From: Promethearchaeota archaeon
Lineage (GTDB): Archaea > Asgardarchaeota > Lokiarchaeia > Sigyniarchaeales > SOKP01
Assembly (NCBI GenBank): GCA_048940645.1
Contig: JBHLOI010000014.1
Coordinates: 1 to 64,000 of the forward strand
Direction: 5' to 3'
DNA: 64,000 nucleotides
Of the stretch, positions 10,513-19,935 are shown in pieces. The notes under the pieces are model-generated. The model worked only from the letters and a program-made list of their open reading frames with translations. It was not told the origin of the DNA and made no database searches. The translations under genes and the position numbers were made by a program. Position 1 is the first letter of the stretch, and every line of letters starts with the position of its first letter.

Positions 10513-11571
10513 TTGTGCTTAAAATTGCGGATTAAAATAGGAGATAAGTTAATTGGGAATGGTTTTCCGTGTTTTATTATAGCAGAAGCAGGAGTTAACC
10601 ATGATGGAGATATTGGAAAAGCTAAAAAACTTATTGAAATCGCAAAAGATGCAAATGTAGATGCGATTAAATTTCAAACATGGATAACTGAAGAAATTGT
10701 TACAAAATCCGTAGAAATGGCAAAGTATCAAAAAGAAAATATAGGGAAAAAAGAATCACAGTTCGAAATGATAAAAAGATTTGAGTTAACTTATGATGAA
10801 TTTAGAGAACTAAAAAAGTATGCCGATAAACTAAAAGTAACTTTTCTTTCAACCCCTGCTGATGAAAAAAGCGTAGATTTTTTGGAAGAAATTGAAATAC
10901 CTGCATATAAAATTAGTTCTGGAGATTTGACAAATAACTTTCTATTGAAAAAAGTTGCCAAAAAAGGTAAACCGATAATTTTATCTACAGGAATGGCTAA
11001 TTTGCATGAAATTGAGAAAGCAATAAGTATTATTTATGATAATGGCAATGATAAATTGATATTATTACATTGTACGTCCCAATATCCTACAGAATATAAT
11101 GATGTTAATTTGAGAGCAATGATCACCCTTAAAAATTCTTTCAATCACATAGTGGGTTATTCAGACCATACTCTTGGAACATTGGTTCCTCAATTAGCTG
11201 TAGGCCTCGGGGCTAAGTTGATTGAAAAGCATTTCACTTATGACAAACATGCGATAGGGCCAGATCATATCTGTTCATTGGATCCAGTTGAATTGAAGGA
11301 TTTAGTAAAAAAAATTAGAACAGTTGAATTAATCCTTGGAAAGAGTAATAAAGAACCGAGCAAGGAAGAATTAGAATTGAGAAAGATAATAAGAAAAACT
11401 GTTGTTGCTAAGATAAACATTCCAAAAGGGAGTAAAATCACTGAAGAAATGTTAACAGTTAAAAGATCAAAAGGAACCATTGAACCAGAAGAAATTTCTG
11501 ATTTACTAGGAAAAATTGCATTAAAAAATATAAAGAAAGATCAACCTATAAATAAAATAGATTTAAATTAA
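10513..11571 (+). CDS. neuB: Nonulosonic acid synthase (NeuB/LegI family) with C-terminal SAF domain
   Basis: FIIAEAGVNHDG, IKFQT, KISSGD, ILSTGM, LLHCTSQYP, GYSDHT, IEKHFT. Likely start is TTG 10525. Confidence 0.93.
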   Translation: MCLKLRIKIGDKLIGNGFPCFIIAEAGVNHDGDIGKAKKLIEIAKDANVDAIKFQTWITEEIVTKSVEMAKYQKENIGKKESQFEMIKRFELTYDEFRELKKYADKLKVTFLSTPADEKSVDFLEEIEIPAYKISSGDLTNNFLLKKVAKKGKPIILSTGMANLHEIEKAISIIYDNGNDKLILLHCTSQYPTEYNDVNLRAMITLKNSFNHIVGYSDHTLGTLVPQLAVGLGAKLIEKHFTYDKHAIGPDHICSLDPVELKDLVKKIRTVELILGKSNKEPSKEELELRKIIRKTVVAKINIPKGSKITEEMLTVKRSKGTIEPEEISDLLGKIALKNIKKDQPINKIDLN

Positions 11572-11595
11572 TAAAAATAAAAAAATGCTAATTAA

Positions 11596-12543
11596 ATGAG
11601 AGAAATTGGTGGATATTTTGAATTGGAACTGGAGAAGAGAAAAGAATATCATCCAGAAGCATTAAGACTTAACAGTGGAAGAAATGCCTTATATTATATT
11701 TTAAAAGTTTTGGAACCAGCTAAGATTTTTATACCCTATTATATTTGCGATAGTGTACTAGAACCGATACACAAATTAAAAATTGAGCTTGAATTTTATC
11801 ATATAAATAAAAAGTTTGAACCAGAAATACCAACCAATTTTAATCAAAATGATTTTGTCTTATCTGTTAATTATTTTGGAATTAATGATTCAATTGTAAA
11901 ATTTTTAGCAGCTACTATTAAGAATCTTATAATAGACAATTCCCAAGCATTTTATTGCAAACCTTATAAATATCCAACCTTTTATTCAACCAGAAAATTT
12001 TTTGGAGTTGTCGATGGAGGTTATTTATATATAGAAAAATTTTTAGAAGAAGAATTAGAACAAGCTATCTCTTATAAAAATTATTCTCATATATTAAAAA
12101 GATGGGAATTGGGAGCAGATGCAGGTTATGAAGATTATTTAAAAGTAGAAGAATTTCTCTCACACGATCCTATTAAAAGAATGTCAAATTTAACTCAAAA
12201 TATTTTATCCTCAATTAATTATAAGAAAGTAAAGTTAACTAGGGAAAGAAATTTTATTTTTCTTCACAAAAATTTAAAGGATCTCAATGAATTACCTATT
12301 AATCTTGAAAATTTAAATGGTCCAATGAAATATCCTTTCTTAATTAATAACCGAAAATTAAAACAATTTTTAATAGACAATAAAATATATATCTCAACTT
12401 ACTGGCAAGAAGTAATTGATAGAGTAGAAAAAAGTAGTTTTGAATATTATTTAACAGAAAATCTAATTCCAATACCAATAGATCAAAGATATAATCTTTC
12501 AGATATGAAATTAATTATAGAAAAAATAAAAGAGGTAATATAA
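11596..12543 (+). CDS. Divergent DegT-like PLP-dependent protein
   Basis: EIGGYFEL, SGRNAL, IPYYIC, VNYFG, IIDNSQAF, STRKFFGV.DGG, IPIDQRY. Confidence 0.65.
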   Translation: MREIGGYFELELEKRKEYHPEALRLNSGRNALYYILKVLEPAKIFIPYYICDSVLEPIHKLKIELEFYHINKKFEPEIPTNFNQNDFVLSVNYFGINDSIVKFLAATIKNLIIDNSQAFYCKPYKYPTFYSTRKFFGVVDGGYLYIEKFLEEELEQAISYKNYSHILKRWELGADAGYEDYLKVEEFLSHDPIKRMSNLTQNILSSINYKKVKLTRERNFIFLHKNLKDLNELPINLENLNGPMKYPFLINNRKLKQFLIDNKIYISTYWQEVIDRVEKSSFEYYLTENLIPIPIDQRYNLSDMKLIIEKIKEVI

Positions 12544-13061
12544 TGGTTTATTTAAAAGAACTTTCCAGAAAAGACATTCCAATGATAAATAAATGGAGAA
12601 ATGATCCAGAAATTATTGATTTTTTAGGAGGCCCATTTCGTTATATTAATATCGAAATTGAAGAAGCTTGGTTTGAGACATATTTAAAAAATCGCGATAA
12701 ACAAGTAAGATGTTCTATTTTTTTAGATTCTGATGAAAAACTGATAGGTCTCGTTAGTCTTTTAGACATTGATCATATTAGTAAATCGGCAGAATTTCAT
12801 ATAATGATTGGTGATAATAGAAACTATGATAAAGGATACGGTACTGAAGCTACAAGCCTCATGTTAAATCATGCTTTCAATAATCTTAATTTAAATCGTA
12901 TTTATTTGAAAGTTTTAGAAGATAATCCACGCGCAATTAAAATATATGATAAATGTGGTTTTAAAAAAGAAGGAGTTTTACGTTCTGCGGTCTACAAAAA
13001 CGGTTCTTATAAAAATTTAATTCTTATGAGTATATTGAAAAAAGAATTCACCATTATTTAG
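12543..13061 (+). CDS. GNAT N-acetyltransferase (RimJ/PseH-like)
   Basis: WRNDPE, KGYGTEA, NPRAIKIYDKCGFKKEG; TAATG overlap with the upstream gene. Confidence 0.85.
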   Translation: MVYLKELSRKDIPMINKWRNDPEIIDFLGGPFRYINIEIEEAWFETYLKNRDKQVRCSIFLDSDEKLIGLVSLLDIDHISKSAEFHIMIGDNRNYDKGYGTEATSLMLNHAFNNLNLNRIYLKVLEDNPRAIKIYDKCGFKKEGVLRSAVYKNGSYKNLILMSILKKEFTII

Positions 13062-13075
13062 TAATTCAATATTTT

Positions 13076-14140
13076 TTAAACGATTGTCTCATCATAGCCA
13101 ACTCGGTATAAGGGAAAGAAATCTCTATTTTCTTTCGTTAATGAATTCAAAGAAGTTAGTTCTTTATATATTTTAGAATCAAACATTATCTTACCTATAT
13201 AAAATGGCAAATAAGTTTTAGAAAAACCTTTTTTGAAATTAAATAAACTATCATTTTTTGCTCTACCTCCACCAAAGTAAAGATAATTTAATCCGTGTTC
13301 TTTAGCCCATTCAATTGCGCCCCATAAAACTGCCCGAGAAGGAGGATTTTTGAAACTATAGTTTGTAGCACTTAGATGATAATGCAATATCTGATTTCCT
13401 TTTAAAAACATTGCGCTAGAGCCCACAATATTATCTTTATTCTTACAATAGATAAGTAAATTTCCAAAATTGTAATGGTTCTTAATAAACTCATGTGGAA
13501 AATAATATTTTTTTGTTGCGTTGTTTTTATCCATGGTTTCATAGTATAGGGATACAAATTCATTAATCTCTTCGGTAGTGGGGTTATCCGCTATAACTAT
13601 TTTTTCAAATTCGGTAAGGGCTTTTTTAGTATAATATCTAGTATTTTTTGCCATATTACCCCAAATCTCTTCATAATCTTGAGTCAAATCAAGAACAACA
13701 ACATCATTCAAATAGATTGTATTAAATAATTTCTCAAAATTGACCCAATTTTTTAGAATTGGATAAAAACGAATGAACTCACATACATATTTCTGCTCTC
13801 CTGCATATTCAAGATATTCATTGAAAAATATTTCCAGAGAATCTTCTAATTCATCACAATCATCTACTGTTGGATAAATTAAGGGTCCTCCATAACCATA
13901 AGGAGTAGTTAAATCATAATAATTATAATCCTTAAAAAGATCAATATTTTTAATTTTTCTTATAAGATGGCTCCAAAAAATCTTTACATTTTTATCTTCC
14001 CAATAAAGACCTTCTGGCAAAACATCATAAGTTTTAGAATACAGATCAAAATATTCATATCTAAAATAAATATCCATTAATTCTTGAAAATTTGATCTAA
14101 GAATCCTGTTCCATTCTATTTTGTTTTTTATGATCTGCAT
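13076..14140 (-). CDS. FemAB-like tandem-GNAT (amino)acyltransferase
   Basis: DLTTPYGYGGP, EFIRFYP, VLDLT, HYHLSA, YFGGG, SLFNFKKGF. Confidence 0.78.
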   Translation of the reverse strand: MQIIKNKIEWNRILRSNFQELMDIYFRYEYFDLYSKTYDVLPEGLYWEDKNVKIFWSHLIRKIKNIDLFKDYNYYDLTTPYGYGGPLIYPTVDDCDELEDSLEIFFNEYLEYAGEQKYVCEFIRFYPILKNWVNFEKLFNTIYLNDVVVLDLTQDYEEIWGNMAKNTRYYTKKALTEFEKIVIADNPTTEEINEFVSLYYETMDKNNATKKYYFPHEFIKNHYNFGNLLIYCKNKDNIVGSSAMFLKGNQILHYHLSATNYSFKNPPSRAVLWGAIEWAKEHGLNYLYFGGGRAKNDSLFNFKKGFSKTYLPFYIGKIMFDSKIYKELTSLNSLTKENRDFFPLYRVGYDETIV

Positions 14141-14257
14141 CTTAACTTTAAATTCTTTAATATATTAGTAAGTACTTAAGTTATTTTTAAATAATACTTT
14201 CCACATCTATTAAATTATCTGAAAAAAATTTAAACTCTTTTTGGGAAAAATCTTCGT

Positions 14258-15415
14258 ATGAAAAAAATTGCGGTAGTTACTGGTTCTAGAGCAGAATATG
14301 GAAATATTTATTTATTACTTAAAAAAATTCAAGAATCTAAAGATTTGGAATTACTTTTTTATGTTACAGGAATGCATTTATTAGAAAAGTACGGAAATAC
14401 AATTGAATTAATTAAAAAAGATAATGTACCAATACATAAAATAATTCCAATGTATCCAAAGGAGGATATAACTAGTTCAGAAACTCTTGGTAATGCTATA
14501 GGTCTAGCAATACAAGGTTTTACAAATTCATTTCATAACGATAAACCAGATTTATTATTAATCCCTGGAGATAGGTTTGAAATTTTCAGTGCTGTAATCG
14601 CAGCAGCTAGTTTAAACATTCCAGTTGCTCATCTCCAAGGAGGTGATAGTGCTGAATCTAGTCAAGTTGATGAAAGAATAAGGCATTCAATATCTAAGTT
14701 TGCACATCTTCATTTTCCTGCTTGTAAATCAAGTGCAGAAAGATTAAAAAAGATGGGAGAAGAAGAGTGGAGAATTCACAATGTTGGTGGGGTTTCACTC
14801 GATCAAATATATGAAATGCAATTGTTGGAAAAGGAAATAATATTCAAAAAGCTTGGGCTTGATATTGATAAAACTACTGCGTTATGTATATATCATCCAT
14901 ATATCCCTGAAGCAGAAAACGCAGGTAATCAAATGGAGGAGATTTTAACTGCTTTAAGCCAAATGGACCTTCAAACGATAATATTTTACCCTAACAACGA
15001 TCTAGGAAGCGATAAAATTATTCAAGTGATTGAAAGTAAAAGAAAAGTAAAAAATTTTAAAATCTTTAAAAACATCCCTCGATTTGATTATTTAAGTATA
15101 CTAAAAAACATTGATTTGTTTATAGGAAACTCAAGTAGTGGAATTGTAGAGGTTCCTACGTTTAAATTACCTTTTTTAAATATAGGACCACGTAATAAAG
15201 GTAGAGAAACAGGAATTAATACTATTAATATAACTACTATCAATGCAGAGAACATAAAATTCGAAATTAAGAGAGGCCTATCAGAAGAATTTAAATTAAT
15301 ATGCCAAAAAACAGTAAATCCTTATGGAAATGGAAAAGCTTCTGAAAAAATTGTAAAGATACTTGAAGATCTCAAAATTGATAAAAGGTTTACATCAAAA
15401 ATTTTGACATATTAA
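14258..15415 (+). CDS. neuC: Hydrolysing NDP-HexNAc 2-epimerase (NeuC/LegG)
   Basis: VTGSRAEYG, VTGMHL, GDRFE, HLQGG, DERIRHSISK, GNSSSG, NPYGNG. Confidence 0.92.
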   Translation: MKKIAVVTGSRAEYGNIYLLLKKIQESKDLELLFYVTGMHLLEKYGNTIELIKKDNVPIHKIIPMYPKEDITSSETLGNAIGLAIQGFTNSFHNDKPDLLLIPGDRFEIFSAVIAAASLNIPVAHLQGGDSAESSQVDERIRHSISKFAHLHFPACKSSAERLKKMGEEEWRIHNVGGVSLDQIYEMQLLEKEIIFKKLGLDIDKTTALCIYHPYIPEAENAGNQMEEILTALSQMDLQTIIFYPNNDLGSDKIIQVIESKRKVKNFKIFKNIPRFDYLSILKNIDLFIGNSSSGIVEVPTFKLPFLNIGPRNKGRETGINTINITTINAENIKFEIKRGLSEEFKLICQKTVNPYGNGKASEKIVKILEDLKIDKRFTSKILTY

Positions 15416-15447
15416 ATAGGTAGTATTGAAAAAAAGTTTTTTTTCCA

Positions 15448-16242
15448 TTACCAGATTGTCCAGCCGCCATCAACCATTAGTATATGACCAGTTATATAAG
15501 ATGCTGCTTTTGAAACAAGGAACAACACTGGACCTGCAATTTCTTCGGGTTTGGCCATTCTATTGAGTGGTACTTTTTTATTATAGTTACTCAGGAAAGG
15601 TTCTTGTTGATTGTCAAAAACACCGCCAGGAGCTATCACATTTGCGCGGATGTTATCTTTTCCATAATATGTTGCGATATATTTTGTTAGCATATTGATT
15701 CCCCCTTTTATGGCTGCATATGGAATAGCATTTGTCATCTCTGTACCTTCATAGATTGAAAAATCAGGTGCAGTAATTCCATAAATCGAGCCAAAATTTA
15801 CTATACAACCACCACCTATATCTTTCATCTTTTCTGCGGCTTTTATTGAAGTGATATAATATCCACCTAAGTGCATATTTAAATTTTGAATAAATGATGG
15901 ATAATTAGTCAATTGTTCTTTTGTTCCCCAGTCACTAGTTTTAGGATAAGAAACATTAACCCAGGCATCGAGTTTATTAAATTCTTCTGCACAAAAATCT
16001 AGTAGTTTGTCAATAGACTTTTCACTTGTTATATCTAATTTTTTAAAAATTACATCTAGATTTTTATTCCTATAATCCTCTGCTAGCTGATTTCCTTTTT
16101 TCTTATCAATATCTGCCATTATTACTGTAGCTCCTGCTTGGGCTAGTGCTTTGATAATAATTGAACCAATTAGCCCAGTTCCAGCAACTACAACAATCAT
16201 ATTATCTAATTTAAATAAATCAGGCCAGATTTTAGTAGTCAA
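15448..16242 (-). CDS. SDR oxidoreductase (PtmA/ElaC-like)
   Basis: GTGLIG, SYPKT.DWG, GSIYG, YAAIKGG, PGGVFD.Q; TTG start at 16242 after a GGGGTG SD (ORF track starts at 16269). Confidence 0.85.
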   Translation of the reverse strand: MTTKIWPDLFKLDNMIVVVAGTGLIGSIIIKALAQAGATVIMADIDKKKGNQLAEDYRNKNLDVIFKKLDITSEKSIDKLLDFCAEEFNKLDAWVNVSYPKTSDWGTKEQLTNYPSFIQNLNMHLGGYYITSIKAAEKMKDIGGGCIVNFGSIYGITAPDFSIYEGTEMTNAIPYAAIKGGINMLTKYIATYYGKDNIRANVIAPGGVFDNQQEPFLSNYNKKVPLNRMAKPEEIAGPVLFLVSKAASYITGHILMVDGGWTIW

Positions 16243-16939
16243 ATTTAAAAACACCCCTTTTAACAACAAATTCTATAAAATCAAAATCAATAAGTCTATC
16301 TATATCTATTGAAAAATCAGGCATTACATAGATCCCAACCTTCCCTTCAAGAAGGTTACTTATATTAACTAGATAATCTCTCCTATAAATATAAATTGAA
16401 GCATTTACAGCATAAACTTGAGGAGCTTGTTGCCTTGATATTAAATTTACTTCCGATTTCTTACATATTTGAGCATAACCCTTATCATCAAGTTCGATCA
16501 TATTAAAATAAGGATTTTTATGAGCTTTATAGACACTTAGAATGAGATCCGCTTTTGTATCAATTAATTTTTTAAAGGCATTATCAATATCTTTAACTAA
16601 TCTTAAGGGTGAAGTTGGATCTAAATCCACAATATAATCATATTTTAATTCTTCTTCATCTTCACAAAATTTAACCATATGCTTTAATACATCAAGTTTT
16701 CCAGCATTATCCGAAGCTAATTCTCTTGGTCTCGTAAATGGTATTTCAGCACCGTAGTTTTTAGCAATTTTTTGGATTTCTTGACTATCTGTTGAACATA
16801 CTAATCGATTTGTTTTTCCCCAAGCTTTTAAAGTTTTAATTGAGTGTGCAATTAATGGTTCTCCCAAAAAACTTCGAATATTTTTATTTTTTATTCCCTT
16901 TGAACCCCCACGAGCGCATATTGTCCCTAAAATTTTCAT
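16232..16939 (-). CDS. neuA: CMP-nonulosonic acid synthetase (acylneuraminate cytidylyltransferase)
   Basis: ICARGGSKGIKNKN, STDS, PFTRP.ELA.D, PTSPLR, SIDID. Confidence 0.93.
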   Translation of the reverse strand: MKILGTICARGGSKGIKNKNIRSFLGEPLIAHSIKTLKAWGKTNRLVCSTDSQEIQKIAKNYGAEIPFTRPRELASDNAGKLDVLKHMVKFCEDEEELKYDYIVDLDPTSPLRLVKDIDNAFKKLIDTKADLILSVYKAHKNPYFNMIELDDKGYAQICKKSEVNLISRQQAPQVYAVNASIYIYRRDYLVNISNLLEGKVGIYVMPDFSIDIDRLIDFDFIEFVVKRGVFKFDY

Positions 16940-17004
16940 AATTCAACAATTTGAATTTTAAAGATTTGGATAATAAATATTAAATTGTTAACATATTTGA
17001 GTTA

Positions 17005-17970
17005 TTATCTAGTAATCATGTCACTTTTATTTTTAAATTCAAGTAATTTTTCAAGTAATTCTTTTGTCTCTTCAAGATTCGCAATTTCTTTTGATTCATT
17101 TTTTACTCCATCTAAGAAATATCTTAGTTGTTCTTCAAAAATATCATCTATTTCAAAAGAGAAATCTTTTTTTTTAATGTTTTGATAATCATTTATTACA
17201 ATTTCTTTTTTTATTAAGTCAGCGATTATTTCTTCTTCAAATGTTAAGATCCTTATTAATCTTTTATCAGAAGGGCTAAAATAATCTAGATGGATTGCCC
17301 CAAAAATATCATATTCAAATTTAAGAAAAACATCACAAAAATCCTCAGCATCAATTTCAAGATTGCTAATTTTGCCATAAACTCCAGTTATGGAATTAAT
17401 TCTACCAAATAAATATTGATTATAATCAAATTCATGAGATAAGTCTAAAATTACTCCTCCTCCCTGATTTTTTTTAGAACTATAGCTTTTTCGATAATCA
17501 ACTCCAGCACGCCAATTTGGCAAAAATGAACTGCATTGAGTTTCAGTATAATAAATTTCTTTTTTTCTTTCTTCAATTAAGGCTTTTAAATACTTTATCA
17601 TGGGATGATGTCGCATTACATAACCTATGTAAACTAAAGCTCCAGCTCTTTTAACTTCCTCACTAAAGGTGTTTAGATTCTCAAAACTATGAGATAAGGG
17701 TTTTTCGATAAAAAAATTTTTTATACCTGCTTTCAAACAATAAAGTGCGGTGGTGATATGTAGATGTGTTGGATTTGTAATAAAAACTATATCTGGCTTA
17801 ATTCGAAGTGCTTCTTCGAAGTCATAGATATTTTTTACATACTCGTGAGGTTTGTCTCTTTGTGTTCTATATGCATATAATTTATAATTATAATTTTTTT
17901 GAAGAAGCCTTAAATGCCTTTTACCAATTGAACCTAAGCCAAAGAATAAGATCGTATTTATTTCTGTCAA
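17005..17970 (-). CDS. Gfo/Idh/MocA oxidoreductase (PtmF/ElaA-like)
   Basis: GLGSIGKRH, TNPTHLH, FIEKP, LPNWR..DYR.SYS, GGGVILDLSHEFD. Confidence 0.85.
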   Translation of the reverse strand: MTEINTILFFGLGSIGKRHLRLLQKNYNYKLYAYRTQRDKPHEYVKNIYDFEEALRIKPDIVFITNPTHLHITTALYCLKAGIKNFFIEKPLSHSFENLNTFSEEVKRAGALVYIGYVMRHHPMIKYLKALIEERKKEIYYTETQCSSFLPNWRAGVDYRKSYSSKKNQGGGVILDLSHEFDYNQYLFGRINSITGVYGKISNLEIDAEDFCDVFLKFEYDIFGAIHLDYFSPSDKRLIRILTFEEEIIADLIKKEIVINDYQNIKKKDFSFEIDDIFEEQLRYFLDGVKNESKEIANLEETKELLEKLLEFKNKSDMITR

Positions 17971-18025
17971 AAATAAATCTCCACTTTTGTTTTCAATAAA
18001 GTTATTTTATTGATTAGCCATTTTC

Positions 18026-19684
18026 TTAATTTTCACAAAACTCAATTAATTTACCAATAGTAAAAGCCCCTCCGAGATTCATATCAGGCATGTTTTCTGG
18101 ACTAACAGATTTCTCAAGAATCCCTTCCATTTTTAAAAGTTCTATCATTTCGTCAGTTTTATTTAGAGTTCTCGCAGTAGGATAGTAATTGGGGTTCAAA
18201 TTTAGAATTCTTTCTTTCTTCTCCCTGAAATGACTAATGATATAATGATTTATAAGTCCTTTTACTTGCTGAAATGCTGTTGATGAGGCCGAATAATCTA
18301 GGGCGTCAGCGATTCTTACTTTTGCTGCTTTTTTGTTTAATGAAGTAGTTATTTTGCTTTCAAATAAGTATCTATTATCCCATGGTCGAATAAGAATTAA
18401 CTTGATAGCTCCTCCTATAGTTTTCTTTTTTCCACCTTTAAGTGTTATTCCACATGGAACGATATATTTATCTAATAATGGGCTATAACGATCTATTAAA
18501 TGTCCTGTAGCGATTCTACCACATTCCATGAAATAATAGTAAATTTTTGCTAAAACTTTTCCTGATTTATCATTACCATATAGATTAAGTAGTGTATTAG
18601 TTATTCTCTCCTTATATGATAGACTTAATTTTTTGTAATCTTTTGAAAAAATATTATGGGGAATTACCTTAAAACCAAGCCCATATCGCATACTTAATGC
18701 TTCTGCATTAATTAAATTTTTAATGGCGATACGGGAGTCTGGATCATTATATTTCCATATAGGAAATGGTTTATAAAGCTCTCCCGAATGACCTGTAATA
18801 TTTAATACGTAATTATTTTTAACCCTAAACTTCTGTAATTGATAAGGCCTATTCCAAGCGATTATATCCATACAGCCATCGAAATCTATAAAACAATCTT
18901 CTAATTCTTTTTCAAGTGTATTTGAATTTACAGCATGATATAATATGTGGTGTTTTACGTCTATTCTTTTAGCTATTTCTTTAGAAAGGTATACGTCAGG
19001 ATAATTTGGAACTCCGGCTATACCTGATTCAAAATTTAATCCGTGGTATTTGAGTATGGTCGATATCATCCGGCCGTCATATCCCCCCGATAGATCTACA
19101 CATATCTTACCCTTAACTTGTTTAAGGGTTTTTACAATTTTACCCATTCTTTCTATAATTGACTCAGGACAATGTTTTATTTTAAAAACATCATAAAGGT
19201 TTTTGTTTTGATATTTTATTTCAGTTCCATTATCTACTATAATTATATCAAATTGGATTTTCTCAATTCCTCGAAATATAGTTTTCCATCCCATACTTGA
19301 TTGACTTATAATAAAATCTACGACTTTTTCGGGTATTATATCTGACTTACTTAATTGATTTAATTTTATAGTATCTAAAAATGATGTAGACATAAATTTC
19401 GGAGATTTAAATAAATTTTGAATTCCACTATTATCTGAGAAAGAATAAATAATATCTTCTTTTTTATTATGGATTATGCAAGTAAAAATACCTGATAATA
19501 TTTGGCATCTATCTCTAATTAGCTCCTTTTTTAGTCCATTTACAAAATTTTCAATTGATTCTTGTCCTGGTGCTAATTCTCTAATGAATAAAAATCCTTC
19601 CCAATATACTTTAAAGTCATCGTTTTCGAATATTTTAGTCTTTTTTCCAGGGATAATTTCTTTAGTTAATAATTCATAATGCAT
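18026..19684 (-). CDS. Asparagine-synthetase-like ATP pyrophosphatase (putative glycan amidotransferase)
   Basis: DLSGGYDGR PP-loop, ITGHSGE, YSPLLD; degenerate N-terminal GATase-like region (GIFTC..SDNSG). Confidence 0.6.
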   Translation of the reverse strand: MHYELLTKEIIPGKKTKIFENDDFKVYWEGFLFIRELAPGQESIENFVNGLKKELIRDRCQILSGIFTCIIHNKKEDIIYSFSDNSGIQNLFKSPKFMSTSFLDTIKLNQLSKSDIIPEKVVDFIISQSSMGWKTIFRGIEKIQFDIIIVDNGTEIKYQNKNLYDVFKIKHCPESIIERMGKIVKTLKQVKGKICVDLSGGYDGRMISTILKYHGLNFESGIAGVPNYPDVYLSKEIAKRIDVKHHILYHAVNSNTLEKELEDCFIDFDGCMDIIAWNRPYQLQKFRVKNNYVLNITGHSGELYKPFPIWKYNDPDSRIAIKNLINAEALSMRYGLGFKVIPHNIFSKDYKKLSLSYKERITNTLLNLYGNDKSGKVLAKIYYYFMECGRIATGHLIDRYSPLLDKYIVPCGITLKGGKKKTIGGAIKLILIRPWDNRYLFESKITTSLNKKAAKVRIADALDYSASSTAFQQVKGLINHYIISHFREKKERILNLNPNYYPTARTLNKTDEMIELLKMEGILEKSVSPENMPDMNLGGAFTIGKLIEFCEN

Positions 19685-19935
19685 TTTTAATCAAAATTTA
19701 ATATTAATTGGGTTTGAAATATAATTCAATTAAATTTAATAACATAATTAAAGTTTTAAAAGATCGATTAATTAAAAAAAAATATTGAAGCAATGTTGGA
19801 TATTTTTCACCTTTTAAAATATTCCTAAACCAGAATGAATAAATTTAAAATTAAAAGAAAGTTTGTAGAGCGTAGAGATTTTAATCATTATAAGAATTTG
19901 AAAAAACAATAAAAAATTTCTGCCAAATAATCACA

